Below are positions 1 to 7,978 of a stretch of 32,000 nucleotides of DNA, piece by piece. Both the position numbers and the translations under genes were made by a program. The number at the start of each line of letters is the position of its first letter. Position 1 is the stretch's first letter. Origin of the DNA: Vulcanisaeta distributa DSM 14429 (GTDB lineage: Archaea; Thermoproteota; Thermoprotei; Thermoproteales; Thermocladiaceae); assembly GCF_000148385.1 (NCBI RefSeq), contig NC_014537.1:540001-572000 (forward strand), given 5' to 3'. The notes beneath the pieces are model-generated. The model ran no database searches and was not told where the DNA came from. It saw only the letters and a program-made list of their open reading frames with translations.

Positions 1-154
1 GTGAAGCGGTTAATGCCACGAGCCTAATTAGGGTTTCAGGCCTATTCATCAATGCCCTAATTAGGGCTTCAGGGTTTGTCGTAAGCAACTCATTCAAAGC
101 CTCAATAAGTATCTCAGGGTTTCTCTTAAGTCTCTCAACATCCTCACTAACCAT
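1..154 (-). CDS. hypothetical protein, N-terminal 51 codons only (gene continues past the left edge)
   Basis: A reverse-strand ATG at 154-152 opens a frame that stays open to position 1: MVSEDVERLKRNPEILIEALNELLTTNPEALIRALMNRPETLIRLVALTAS. A repeated (N/R)PE-x-LI-x-x-L peptide motif explains the repeated cctaattaggg words at 23-33 and 56-66. I recognised no family. Confidence 0.4.
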   Translation of the reverse strand, partial: MVSEDVERLKRNPEILIEALNELLTTNPEALIRALMNRPETLIRLVALTAS

Positions 155-196
155 ACGCAGCATTATTAATGTATGCATTAATAAACGCTGTGGTTA

Positions 197-1420
197 CTAA
201 CCACCCAACTGCTGATAATTATTGTGACCAACAACCAACTCAGCCGTTGAGGGTCCAATCGGCAGTACGTAAACATTGACCGCATATTCACCGGTGGATA
301 TACCAAAGGAGTAGGTTATTGGGTATGGAGCCCATGATGTGCCATTCCAATAAAGCAGCGATAGGTATGCATCTAGGCTCCTAAACTCAACACCGCCACC
401 ATTACCTGGACCGCCAATCACGAATTCCGTATCCATGGGCCAGCCGTATGGGCCCTCCGTAGGGCTAGTCACTATGTATGCCGTGGCGTTGGGTATCGGT
501 ATTAACTCATGGGCAAACCAATAAACCCTCGGACTGAAGGTCTCATTACCCAACTGAAGCAGTGAGTAGCCGAAGTTAATGACAACGCCGTAACCCGTCG
601 AGTTTACGGATATTATTAATAAGCCGGCCATCGGCGTTTCGAAGCAACCAAGCACGCACCTACCCTGCTCATAAACAACGTTCCTAGACGAACCAACGTA
701 ATTAACAACATCCATCTCACCCTGGAACCAGTACTGGCCATCCACGACCACGAGCGCATCCTGAACCCAATGAACCATGTAATTACCACCATACTTAATT
801 ACGACATAGGCATTCAACTGAAGGGAAAAGCCAGGCCCAGCTGCACCCGTGGAATTCTCGACGTAGGCATTGGTTATGTTGAAGAGACCAAGCACGGCAT
901 CACTCGTTATATTGCTGTAGCCCGGCCCGTAATAGGCCGCGATGCCCATGGCAGTATAGTTAAGGATCCTATACGCAATCCCAGTATTACCACAAACAAG
1001 CAAACCATAACTACCAGGGCCGGGGCTAACCACGTAAATGCCAGGCACAGAACTAAACCAAGTATAATTACTGGGCGCCTCAGGCCCGCCACCCCATGAA
1101 TGTAACTGCGAATTAGTGAGTAGGTAAACGTATGAGCCATTAACAACCTCAATAAATAGGGATTCACTATTCGTCAAATTAACATTAACGAGACCCCAGG
1201 AAGTGCATGGACCACTAGCAGGCTTTGTTACCGGCATGGTCACGGTACTGTTAATTACGCTATTAATAACGTAATTAATACCTGAAAGCACTAGGCTATC
1301 AAGAGATGGATTTACTAAAAATACTAACGCCATCAAGGCAATGACAATTATTAATACCGTATCCCCCAGCCTCATTGCATAATTAACGTAGGGAATCATT
1401 AATAAACTAAACTTACCCAT
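197..1420 (-). CDS. thermopsin-family (peptidase A5) secreted acid protease homolog with an N-terminal membrane anchor
   Basis: 407-aa ORF. Blocks MGIAAYYGPGY, FSLQLNAYVVIKYGGNYMVHWVQDA, TEFVIGGPGNGGGVEF and YSFGISTGEYAVNVYV line up with blocks I recall from Sulfolobus thermopsin (AGIASFGLYNY, ATLQFNIVLSVNTSNGVYAYWLQDV, AELVWGGGGNGAPTSF, YTFGADTAEAAYNVYT). There is a hydrophobic N-terminal segment (LIIVIALMALVFLV) and many N-x-S/T sequons. The true start may be the internal Met at 1375 (MRLGDTVLII...). Confidence 0.75.
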   Translation of the reverse strand: MGKFSLLMIPYVNYAMRLGDTVLIIVIALMALVFLVNPSLDSLVLSGINYVINSVINSTVTMPVTKPASGPCTSWGLVNVNLTNSESLFIEVVNGSYVYLLTNSQLHSWGGGPEAPSNYTWFSSVPGIYVVSPGPGSYGLLVCGNTGIAYRILNYTAMGIAAYYGPGYSNITSDAVLGLFNITNAYVENSTGAAGPGFSLQLNAYVVIKYGGNYMVHWVQDALVVVDGQYWFQGEMDVVNYVGSSRNVVYEQGRCVLGCFETPMAGLLIISVNSTGYGVVINFGYSLLQLGNETFSPRVYWFAHELIPIPNATAYIVTSPTEGPYGWPMDTEFVIGGPGNGGGVEFRSLDAYLSLLYWNGTSWAPYPITYSFGISTGEYAVNVYVLPIGPSTAELVVGHNNYQQLGG

Positions 1421-1451
1421 GACAATCCCATCCTTTAAGCCATGAAACCAA

Positions 1452-1462
1452 CCTTTAAATAC
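1452..1462 (+). promoter_or_regulatory. TATA-like box (cctttaaatac) for the AIM24-like gene, possibly bidirectional
   Basis: The box is centred about 26 nt upstream of ATG 1483, the same spacing seen at purS, purC and purE in this window (leaderless architecture). It lies in the 53-bp divergent spacer shared with the thermopsin-like gene. Confidence 0.45.
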
Positions 1463-1482
1463 ATGGAGTATAGGTGATTACC

Positions 1483-2159
1483 ATGGCAAACTTCAAAATA
1501 ATGGGTAACGACATACAGCACCTCTACGTCGAGTTGGGTCCTGGCGAGAAGATCTACGCCGAGGGTGGGCACCTGATTTGGAAGTCCTCAAGCGTAAACA
1601 TAAAGGCAACAACAGGTGGAGGCCTACTGGCTGGGTTGAAGAGGGCATTAACCGGGGCGAGCTTCTTCGTGCTAGAACTCGAGGGCCAGGCATCGTAGAT
1701 ATCGCCGGCTTCGCGCCAGGTAAGATCGTGAGGATCGACTTAAATGGTAATGGCATTATGGTTGAGCATAGGGCCTTCCTAGCCATGGAGCCCACGGTTA
1801 ACTACGATATCAAGCTCGTGGGATTGGGCTTCGGCTGGCTTGGTGGCGAGGGCTTGCTAATGGCTAGGCTTCATGGCCATGGAGGCGTATTCCTCCACGC
1901 CATCGGCGACGCGCTAATGCTGGAGCTCGGGCCTGGCGATAGTATCGACGTTGAGGCTGGCCACGTGCTTGCCTTTGACGAGGGCATGAGGGTTGGCATT
2001 AGGCGCGTTGGTGGCTTAAGGACAATGCTCTTCGGCGAGGAGGGACTGTGGTTTGCCCATGTTGAGGGGCCCGGCAGGGTTTGGTTGAGGACCCTGAGTA
2101 GGCAGCAGATGATCATGGGCTTAATGCCAGAACTAGCCAATGTTGTAAGATCGTCTTAA
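1483..2159 (+). pseudogene. AIM24/TIGR00266 (DUF124) family gene split by a 1-nt frameshift
   Basis: ORF 1474/1483..1698 (MANFKIMGNDIQHLYVELGPGEKIYAEGGHLIW...GASFFVLELEGQAS*) and ORF 1578..2159 in the -1 frame (...GPGIVDIAGFAPGKIVRIDLNGNGIMVEHRAFLA...GEEGLWFAHVEGPGRVWLRTL) are the N- and C-terminal parts of one family-typical protein. Adding one C to the CC run at 1686-1687 gives a continuous ...LELEGPGIVDIAGF... reading. Confidence 0.7.
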
Positions 2160-2514
2160 GAACACTAAGCTTTCCCTTAAACACACTGCTCGATTCAGTA
2201 CTTATCGACTTCCCCTCATCATTATCCTAAGGACTCAGTAATAGGCGAGGTAGTTTAAACATAAGTATATGCCATAACCCTTAACAATCAACACCAATCA
2301 ATGGATTAACCACAAGCATTACCGCACCAATGGCTTAATAACAATCTTCAGGTTACTCCACCAAGTCAATAATCGCCACATCCACTATAGAAATACGTAC
2401 TCAGAAATACCGTTGCTCACTAATACATAGTAATAACCCTGAGACCACTGGGGAAATAGTACGTAGAAACAACGACCCATAAAACTATTAAGCAAGGGAA
2501 GAAACTAAGGCGCC

Positions 2515-3567
2515 ATGGGACTAAGCAACTGGTGGTATTACACAGGCTCAGCAACCAAGGCAATAACAATAACGGGGATCATAGCCATAGCACTACTAGC
2601 TACAGTAATAGCAAGCCCGCACGTCAAGCCTCTCCAGCCCATTGCCAAGTCGCTTGGGCTAATCCAGACGCAGGTCCAGACGGTCTACGTGCCGGTGAAC
2701 CACACGGTGGTTAAGTACGTGAATCAGACGGTTGTTAAGTATGTGAACCAGACTGTGCCCGTCTACGTGAATAGGACTGTGTACGTCTACGTCGGCAACG
2801 CCTCGCTGGCGCCCATCGTGGCTATGGCCGGTAAGTGCGCCGGCGACCTAGTCATACTGCCGAACAACACCGCCTGGTTCGTGTTCGCGTGGCTAATACC
2901 CAAGGAATACCTAGTGGGCAATCCAGTGCTGTATCGTGCGTTGGTTGCGAATGGCATACCGCCGATATACTACAACTCCACAAACCACTACGCACAGCTC
3001 TATGGATTGCTAGATACGGCCTTCTTCGGCCTATCGCCGAAACCGATGAGCCTGTACACTTACAATGCCTGCTACCTGGATAACGTTACCTTTAACGGCT
3101 ACTACATAGCCATATGCGGGGACACCACCGGCGGTGGCCCATTCGCCGTATCCGCCGGCGAATTCCCGCCGGCCGGCATAATCAATGTGAGCGGCATATA
3201 CTACCAGAGGATCACACTGCTTCAGTTTAGTGATCAGCCAGCGTTTGTCGGCTCGCAGTTAATCCTGAGTAACCGCACGTACAGCAACGCCACGCTTGTT
3301 ATACCCAGCGTGAATACCACCTACACAGGCGTCATGTTCATATACGGCGGCGTGACTGTTGGGAGGAATCTTGGATACCCGCTATCAACGCTGGGGCCAG
3401 CCTGCAACATAACCGTCATATACGCGCCGAATCCGCAGGCGGCGTTGTACATAACGCTACCGCAGGAATACATAAACTACTGGAGAGAGTCTGTTAATAC
3501 AATTTGGGGCTATTATAACCCAAATGACGTATACATGGGCTATTGGGTGTGGAATTATCCGAGCTAA
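2515..3567 (+). CDS. hypothetical membrane-anchored or secreted glycoprotein
   Basis: 350-aa ORF with an N-terminal hydrophobic helix (ITITGIIAIALLATVIA), then an octapeptide sequon repeat and many further N-x-S/T sites. An AT-rich TATA-like stretch lies about 30 nt upstream. No family recognised. Confidence 0.6.
   Translation: MGLSNWWYYTGSATKAITITGIIAIALLATVIASPHVKPLQPIAKSLGLIQTQVQTVYVPVNHTVVKYVNQTVVKYVNQTVPVYVNRTVYVYVGNASLAPIVAMAGKCAGDLVILPNNTAWFVFAWLIPKEYLVGNPVLYRALVANGIPPIYYNSTNHYAQLYGLLDTAFFGLSPKPMSLYTYNACYLDNVTFNGYYIAICGDTTGGGPFAVSAGEFPPAGIINVSGIYYQRITLLQFSDQPAFVGSQLILSNRTYSNATLVIPSVNTTYTGVMFIYGGVTVGRNLGYPLSTLGPACNITVIYAPNPQAALYITLPQEYINYWRESVNTIWGYYNPNDVYMGYWVWNYPS
2695..2790 (+). repeat. 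4 x 24-nt in-frame tandem repeat encoding VN-x-T-V-x-x-Y
   Basis: Read directly: gtgaaccacacggtggttaagtac / gtgaatcagacggttgttaagtat / gtgaaccagactgtgcccgtctac / gtgaataggactgtgtacgtctac. This encodes VNHTVVKY VNQTVVKY VNQTVPVY VNRTVYVY, so each unit carries one N-glycosylation sequon. Confidence 0.85.
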
Positions 3568-3606
3568 AGTCATAATAAAAATTAAAATTTTAAATTAAAA
3601 GTAAAT

Positions 3607-5571
3607 TCATTGTTTTCCTTTACCTCCTGATGATTGGCATACTACTATTATATTGAATGATGCTGATCCTGTGAAGCCCGAGGCGCTTCCGCCTGATGGG
3701 TTTGTGTTAACGCTTTGGACTCCGTACTGGCATACGTTGTCTATTGTAAATGATGCACTTCCGCTGCCGAAGTTTGCGTAGACCTTTGCCGTCACCTGTA
3801 TGCCAGTTCCTTGATATATTTTTCCTGTTGCTGACCATGAGTTTGCTGGGTCGTCTGGGCAGAAGCTCCACTCAAAGGTGGCGCTGGATGAGGTGTAGTA
3901 CGTGAACTTCACCGTGTAGGATGTGCACTTTAGGAAGGTGTAGCTTGCGGTGCCGCTTATGCTGACGCTTGCCGGCGATGGGCAGTAGAGTGGTGCGCCG
4001 AATTCCGACAAGTCAGTCGTGCCAGACCACGCGTAGCCGCTTGGGCTCACGCTGACGCTCCAGCTCTGGAACTGGAACTCATCACCGCTTGTATCCGTTA
4101 TTGTAAGTGGTGCGGTGCAGCCGTACATGCCGACCTGCCCGCTGCCCACAGGCTCGCTACTCGGCCCAGAGCAGCTAACGCTTTGCTGTATGCTGCCATG
4201 CACACCACTTGCGCTTATCGACGACGAGTAGGAGTAAGTACACTGCTGGTTGTTGCTGGGTGGTGGAGGAGGTGGAGGCGGCGGTTTGTTGGTGCAGGTT
4301 ATTGTTATTTGTTCCGTGAATGAGCCTTTGGGTGTGAATGTTTGGCCTATGCCGTATGGGCTTCCACTGGCTGTGCAGCCGCTGGGTAGGTTCTTGACTG
4401 TGAATAGGTACGTGAGACCTCCACTAACTGTGGCGGTGTATGGGCCGCCGTTACCGGCGCCACTCCACCAATCAATGTCAATTGTGGAGCCGGCGATGTA
4501 TTGATCCAGGTAGACGGTCCACGACACGCCGCTGGGCGCGTAGACATACACGGTAACCGTGTATGAGCTACCTCCGCCTCCCGGTGGTGGGCTTGGCGAT
4601 TGATTACCCGTGCAGGACACCGTGAATGCTACAGATTGGCCTGGGCCTGCGGATGTGGAGGTCGGGCTTATGCTGCAACTGCTGTATCCACTGGGCACGC
4701 TCGTTATCGAGGCTTGGAAGTTTACGGTGCTCAAGGCGGATACCGTCCACGACGCAGAGCTAGAGCCGCTCTTGCTGCCACTGGCGCCGCCGCTCCAGGA
4801 CACGCTCCACCCAGCACCGTATGGATCGTCGACGCTCACCGTTATTGGCATGACTGAGCACGTCACGTTGAACGCCTGGATGCTACCTGCGGTGTACGTT
4901 TTAGCTACTTGGCTCGGCACTATCTGACATGTGTAGCCGTGCGGAGTGTTAGTTATATATGCAAGGAACTGTATCTGTATTGGGACGTAGGGCGGATTAA
5001 TGAACCACGAGTAGGATTGACTCTCGCTCACTGAGTACGACTGCCCAGCATAACTCCAAACCACCCTCCACCCAGCGCCGAATGGGTCATTAACCACCAC
5101 ATTTATGAGGCCGGAGCCTGGCTGTAACTGTGCCTGTGGTATTAGCGGTATTGAGGTTACTGTCGACACATTGGCACTGAATTCCTTGATAATCCCCGGG
5201 TAACCCACTGGCGATGCCAACACCGTTATTGATGCAGGCTCATAACTCAAGCTCAGCGTATACACGTAGTACTGGTTCACACCAAGCACCAGGTTTGGTG
5301 CATACACATGCATCGAGCCATCAACGCCCCTGACGTATACGTACTTAACAATCGCCCTGTAATAACCAATGTTGTACATGGGCACGTACAACGTCCCATT
5401 TACGTAGATGGGCTGCGGCAGGTATATGTAAAGGCCAGCGTAGGCAAGCCTCGCGTTGTTTACCGTCGACACGGTGATCGTCAAGTAAGCTAAGCCACCA
5501 ATTAGCACCAGGCCAAGTGCAATAGCCAGTATCAGCGTAAGCCCCTCAAGGACTAAGTCAGCCAACGCCAT
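3607..5571 (-). CDS. large Ser/Thr-rich cell-surface protein with repeated Cys-bracketed beta-rich domains and a poly-Pro linker
   Basis: The track ORF is 3607..5685 (692 aa). I prefer the internal ATG at 5571 (MALADLVLEGLTLILAIALGLVLIGGL...) because a GAGGTG Shine-Dalgarno-like word sits 7 nt upstream of it. The ORF has one N-terminal TM helix, three related roughly 80-aa modules (DPFGAGWRVVWSY..., DDPYGAGWSVSWSG..., APSGVSWTVYLDQ...), a P9 run and a PSPPPGGGG linker. Confidence 0.65.
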   Translation of the reverse strand: MALADLVLEGLTLILAIALGLVLIGGLAYLTITVSTVNNARLAYAGLYIYLPQPIYVNGTLYVPMYNIGYYRAIVKYVYVRGVDGSMHVYAPNLVLGVNQYYVYTLSLSYEPASITVLASPVGYPGIIKEFSANVSTVTSIPLIPQAQLQPGSGLINVVVNDPFGAGWRVVWSYAGQSYSVSESQSYSWFINPPYVPIQIQFLAYITNTPHGYTCQIVPSQVAKTYTAGSIQAFNVTCSVMPITVSVDDPYGAGWSVSWSGGASGSKSGSSSASWTVSALSTVNFQASITSVPSGYSSCSISPTSTSAGPGQSVAFTVSCTGNQSPSPPPGGGGSSYTVTVYVYAPSGVSWTVYLDQYIAGSTIDIDWWSGAGNGGPYTATVSGGLTYLFTVKNLPSGCTASGSPYGIGQTFTPKGSFTEQITITCTNKPPPPPPPPPSNNQQCTYSYSSSISASGVHGSIQQSVSCSGPSSEPVGSGQVGMYGCTAPLTITDTSGDEFQFQSWSVSVSPSGYAWSGTTDLSEFGAPLYCPSPASVSISGTASYTFLKCTSYTVKFTYYTSSSATFEWSFCPDDPANSWSATGKIYQGTGIQVTAKVYANFGSGSASFTIDNVCQYGVQSVNTNPSGGSASGFTGSASFNIIVVCQSSGGKGKQ

Positions 5572-5810
5572 AACCAAACACCTCATAACCACTGGCATTA
5601 CCCACGGACCTAACAACAACCACACAACCATCCAGGAATAATAACACCTCACCAACCGCATAGTTACTCCAGGGGATTTACCCATCCTTTGATGCGTCGC
5701 TAATTACTTTATTAACTCCTTAAGGAAGTTTGTTTAAGGTTTCGTTACCTGCCTTTTCATTGCCTGGGCTTTGGGGTAATGTTTTAATTTGTTTTTTGGT
5801 TTGTTGTTTT

Positions 5811-6506
5811 GTGCCTGGTAAGGTTTTGGTTGTTGGTGTTGTGGTTGCCGTTGTTGTTATAGCCATTGCCTTGATCCTACTGATGCATCCATTCGCCTCG
5901 AAGCCGTCGGTGGCTTACCTAACCGTTAACGCCCCATACGCATTCTTGAGACCTTTGGGGAGTGGGCAGTACGAACTATTCTACTACGATCAACAAGGCA
6001 ATTTACACGACTTAGGAACATACAACGTATCCAGCACAGTGCTGAGTGAAGCAGTTAATGAAATCAACTCATTCAACCAACAAAATGCTGGAACAATGAT
6101 TAATGGACAAAACTTCATACCATTAAGCTACGAGGTAGTCATAGGAAACTCAACAGGAGTAGTAAAGATACCGATACAGGGAGACACAATACTGCTGGAT
6201 AAAGTCAACCCAGGATACTGGACAGTACTGGTAACAGACCAAAACGATTTAACAAAACTAGCATACGCATTGGATGTAGGATACAAAGAAGCAGCAATAG
6301 TAGCCAGTACCTCAGATTTATGGTACCAACCTGGAGTGGGAACGGTGTTAACAGAAACATTAAATTTACAAAGTATGAGCGGTTTTGTAGGTGGATATGT
6401 TATAGTAATGAATAATGGAACATTAGTACCATGGGGATTTGGAGGAGGAAATACAGGTTATTATCTGCAATTTATAACACAAGCAAGTGGTACAGGATAT
6501 AGTTAA
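5811..6506 (+). CDS. hypothetical membrane-anchored protein (N/G/Y/T-rich ectodomain)
   Basis: The track ORF 5730..6506 starts at TTG. An in-frame GTG at 5811 gives a conventional short N-terminus plus TM (MPGKVLVVGVVVAVVVIAIALILL). The coding region is AT-rich (32% G+C by hand count for 6061-6120). No family recognised. Confidence 0.5.
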   Translation: MPGKVLVVGVVVAVVVIAIALILLMHPFASKPSVAYLTVNAPYAFLRPLGSGQYELFYYDQQGNLHDLGTYNVSSTVLSEAVNEINSFNQQNAGTMINGQNFIPLSYEVVIGNSTGVVKIPIQGDTILLDKVNPGYWTVLVTDQNDLTKLAYALDVGYKEAAIVASTSDLWYQPGVGTVLTETLNLQSMSGFVGGYVIVMNNGTLVPWGFGGGNTGYYLQFITQASGTGYS

Positions 6507-6508
6507 CT

Positions 6509-7123
6509 TTAAGGTATAACTAGCTCATAAGGGACTCCAAAAGTAGCAATTATCCAATTTAGATACATATAACCGTCTCCTCCCCCAGAACCTGTAGATA
6601 TGAACAAATAGGGGGTATCTATATAATTGGCTATTTCTTCAACTAATGGTGGTTCATTTATCGTATTTTCTTGGCCTATTACAAAACTATAATATCTTTC
6701 ATTATAACCAAAGGTTCCATTGATGAATTCTGATTTTAAAGAATTGTAATCTATTGTATTATATAGATTTAGTGTTACATTTCCTTCGGCTTCGAATGCT
6801 GTTTGGTATGCGTTTTGGTAGCTTGTTGCTAGGTATGTTGATGGTGATAATGGTGATAACGCATATGCACCTATAGATGGAACAAACTGCATTGGTAAGT
6901 TATTATTGTAAATATTCCCATTAACCATAAAGTAAACATCTAATGCATATTTATTACTTTCATCCAAAGAAAACCAATAGTACGTATAAAACACTCCATG
7001 GTACATGTAGTTTTGATTCTTTTGCTGATCCCGTGGTGTAAGTGGTATGTATGGGGTTGTTCCTGCATAATTATTGCCACCCCAAACAATTACCTCACTA
7101 ATAATGGGATTTAGGAACAACAC
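6509..7123 (-). CDS. hypothetical N/Y-rich protein with no signal peptide (possibly 5'-truncated)
   Basis: 204-aa ORF with a GTG start at 7123 and an in-frame stop 4 codons upstream. It is very AT-rich (20% G+C by hand count for 6901-6960). It converges on the previous gene with a 2-nt spacer. No family recognised. Confidence 0.4.
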   Translation of the reverse strand: MLFLNPIISEVIVWGGNNYAGTTPYIPLTPRDQQKNQNYMYHGVFYTYYWFSLDESNKYALDVYFMVNGNIYNNNLPMQFVPSIGAYALSPLSPSTYLATSYQNAYQTAFEAEGNVTLNLYNTIDYNSLKSEFINGTFGYNERYYSFVIGQENTINEPPLVEEIANYIDTPYLFISTGSGGGDGYMYLNWIIATFGVPYELVIP

Positions 7124-7173
7124 CGTGGGAATTTTCTAAATAATTCCAGGAAAGGGCTTGAAAAACGTATGGT

Positions 7174-7207
7174 CCACGACGTAAACAATCGCAGGCGCTT
7201 ACGTCGT
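7174..7207. other. 10-bp perfect inverted repeat (cacgacgtaa ... ttacgtcgtg) with a 14-nt spacer
   Basis: Read directly: 7174-7183 is the reverse complement of 7198-7207. It overlaps the stop codon (7200-7198) of a short reverse-strand remnant ORF (MYHAVAVNDFVEAHGVTT*). Confidence 0.5.
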
Positions 7208-7297
7208 GACTCCGTGGGCCTCCACGAAGTCGTTAACCGCAACAGCGTGGTACATTGTTCTGTGGTTCAGTGGGTCAATGAAGCCCGTCCAGCCAGC

Positions 7298-7305
7298 CTT
7301 TTAAG
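7298..7305 (+). promoter_or_regulatory. candidate TATA box (CTTTTAAG) for the GC-rich RNA region
   Basis: This is the only TATA-like word immediately upstream of the GC-rich block. Applying the 26-28 nt TATA-to-start spacing seen at four other promoters in this window predicts a start near G7327/7328, just before the first helix (7338-7386). Confidence 0.35.
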
Positions 7306-7472
7306 CCCTGACCCTTAATTATTAATGGAGGTTATGAGCCCCTGAGGTATAGCGTCGGGGTTTAGCCCCGGCGAATCCTCGGGGGTGATCCAGCGGGCCC
7401 GTGGGCTGGGTAGAGGGGCTTAGAGTAGGTACTCGATGCCTAATTGCCCAGTCGCCTAACTACCCAGTTGCC

Positions 7473-7699
7473 CCGTGCCCCCTCAACCCACCCCCTCCTC
7501 CCCCATTCTCCCTTGCGGGCCGGTGGCTCCCCTCGTGGGGGGGCTCCCGGCGTGTGTGGGGGGCTGTGGGGGCTTGGGATCTCCATGAGCCCCGGGAGTC
7601 CGAAGGCTGGGGGTGCCGCCCGTGGGATGGCGATGGGGGCTTGGGATCACCAAGAGCCAAACCCACAGGGCCGGCGGGAGGGGTGTTGAGGGGGCACGG
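7473..7699 (+). other. RNA domain A, closed by a 15-bp perfect long-range helix plus a bulged extension
   Basis: ccgtgccccctcaac (7473-7487) is the exact reverse complement of gttgagggggcacgg (7685-7699). The pairing continues as 7490-7494/7680-7684 and 7496-7499/7676-7679, with small bulges. Inside is a 25-nt direct repeat, 23 of 25 identical (7567-7591 and 7634-7658), and each copy can form a small hairpin. Confidence 0.6.
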
Positions 7700-7792
7700 A
7701 GGCAGTGACCAGGAAAGTAAGCTAGCAAGTTGTACAGCAGTCCCTAGGCAGAAATAACCAATGTGCCGCGGTGTGCGGGGAAGAAAAGAATA

Positions 7793-7816
7793 TTGTTCTA
7801 TATTTTGCTAGAACAA
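7793..7816 (+). other. AT-rich 8-bp hairpin (ttgttcta / tagaacaa) whose loop reads tattttgc; possible boundary or internal promoter between the two GC-rich domains
   Basis: Read directly. It lies in the roughly 180-nt AT-rich gap (about 7775-7960) between the two GC-rich blocks. A second perfect palindrome, taatcccc-a-ggggatta, lies at 7859-7875. Confidence 0.35.
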
Positions 7817-7978
7817 GTTATTAATGAGAAAACCGAGAAACGTGGGAAATTGGTAAGTTAATCCCCAGGGGATTACTGGACAAGTGGCTATTAAGCACAA
7901 GGCTTATTGGGAGCGATAAGTACTTAAGGCTGTAGGTGGAAGAGAGGCTGTCCCCGCCAGACCCCCAAACCGGTGGGG

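Noticed and set aside
23-66. Repeated palindromic word cctaattaggg (23-33 and 56-66), as a possible protein-binding site or element terminus.
   Set aside because: It falls inside an open reverse-strand reading frame and encodes the repeated peptide (A/T)LIR of a repeat-containing protein, so the coding explanation is sufficient.
1680-1698. Programmed -1 ribosomal frameshifting in the AIM24-like gene.
   Set aside because: There is no slippery X-XXY-YYZ heptamer at the junction (ctcgagggccaggc) and no obvious downstream stimulatory structure. A 1-nt deletion or sequencing error in a C run is the simpler explanation.
2515-5571. Type IV pilin-like (class III) signal peptides in the 350-aa and the large surface protein (TKA-ITI and LEG-LTL before the hydrophobic helix).
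   Set aside because: These loosely fit the permissive [KRDE][GA][ALIFQMVED][ILMVTAS][ILMVAS] pattern, which has a high false-positive rate. The proteins are far larger than pilins, and no pilus assembly genes are nearby.
7401-7757. Four overlapping ORFs of 68-118 aa on both strands (7401..7757+, 7444..7689+, 7460..7666-, 7483..7728-).
   Set aside because: Simultaneous openness of several frames on both strands is what stop-poor GC-rich sequence produces. The translations are Pro/Gly/Arg low-complexity, and the region is saturated with complementary helices. I treated it as non-coding RNA.
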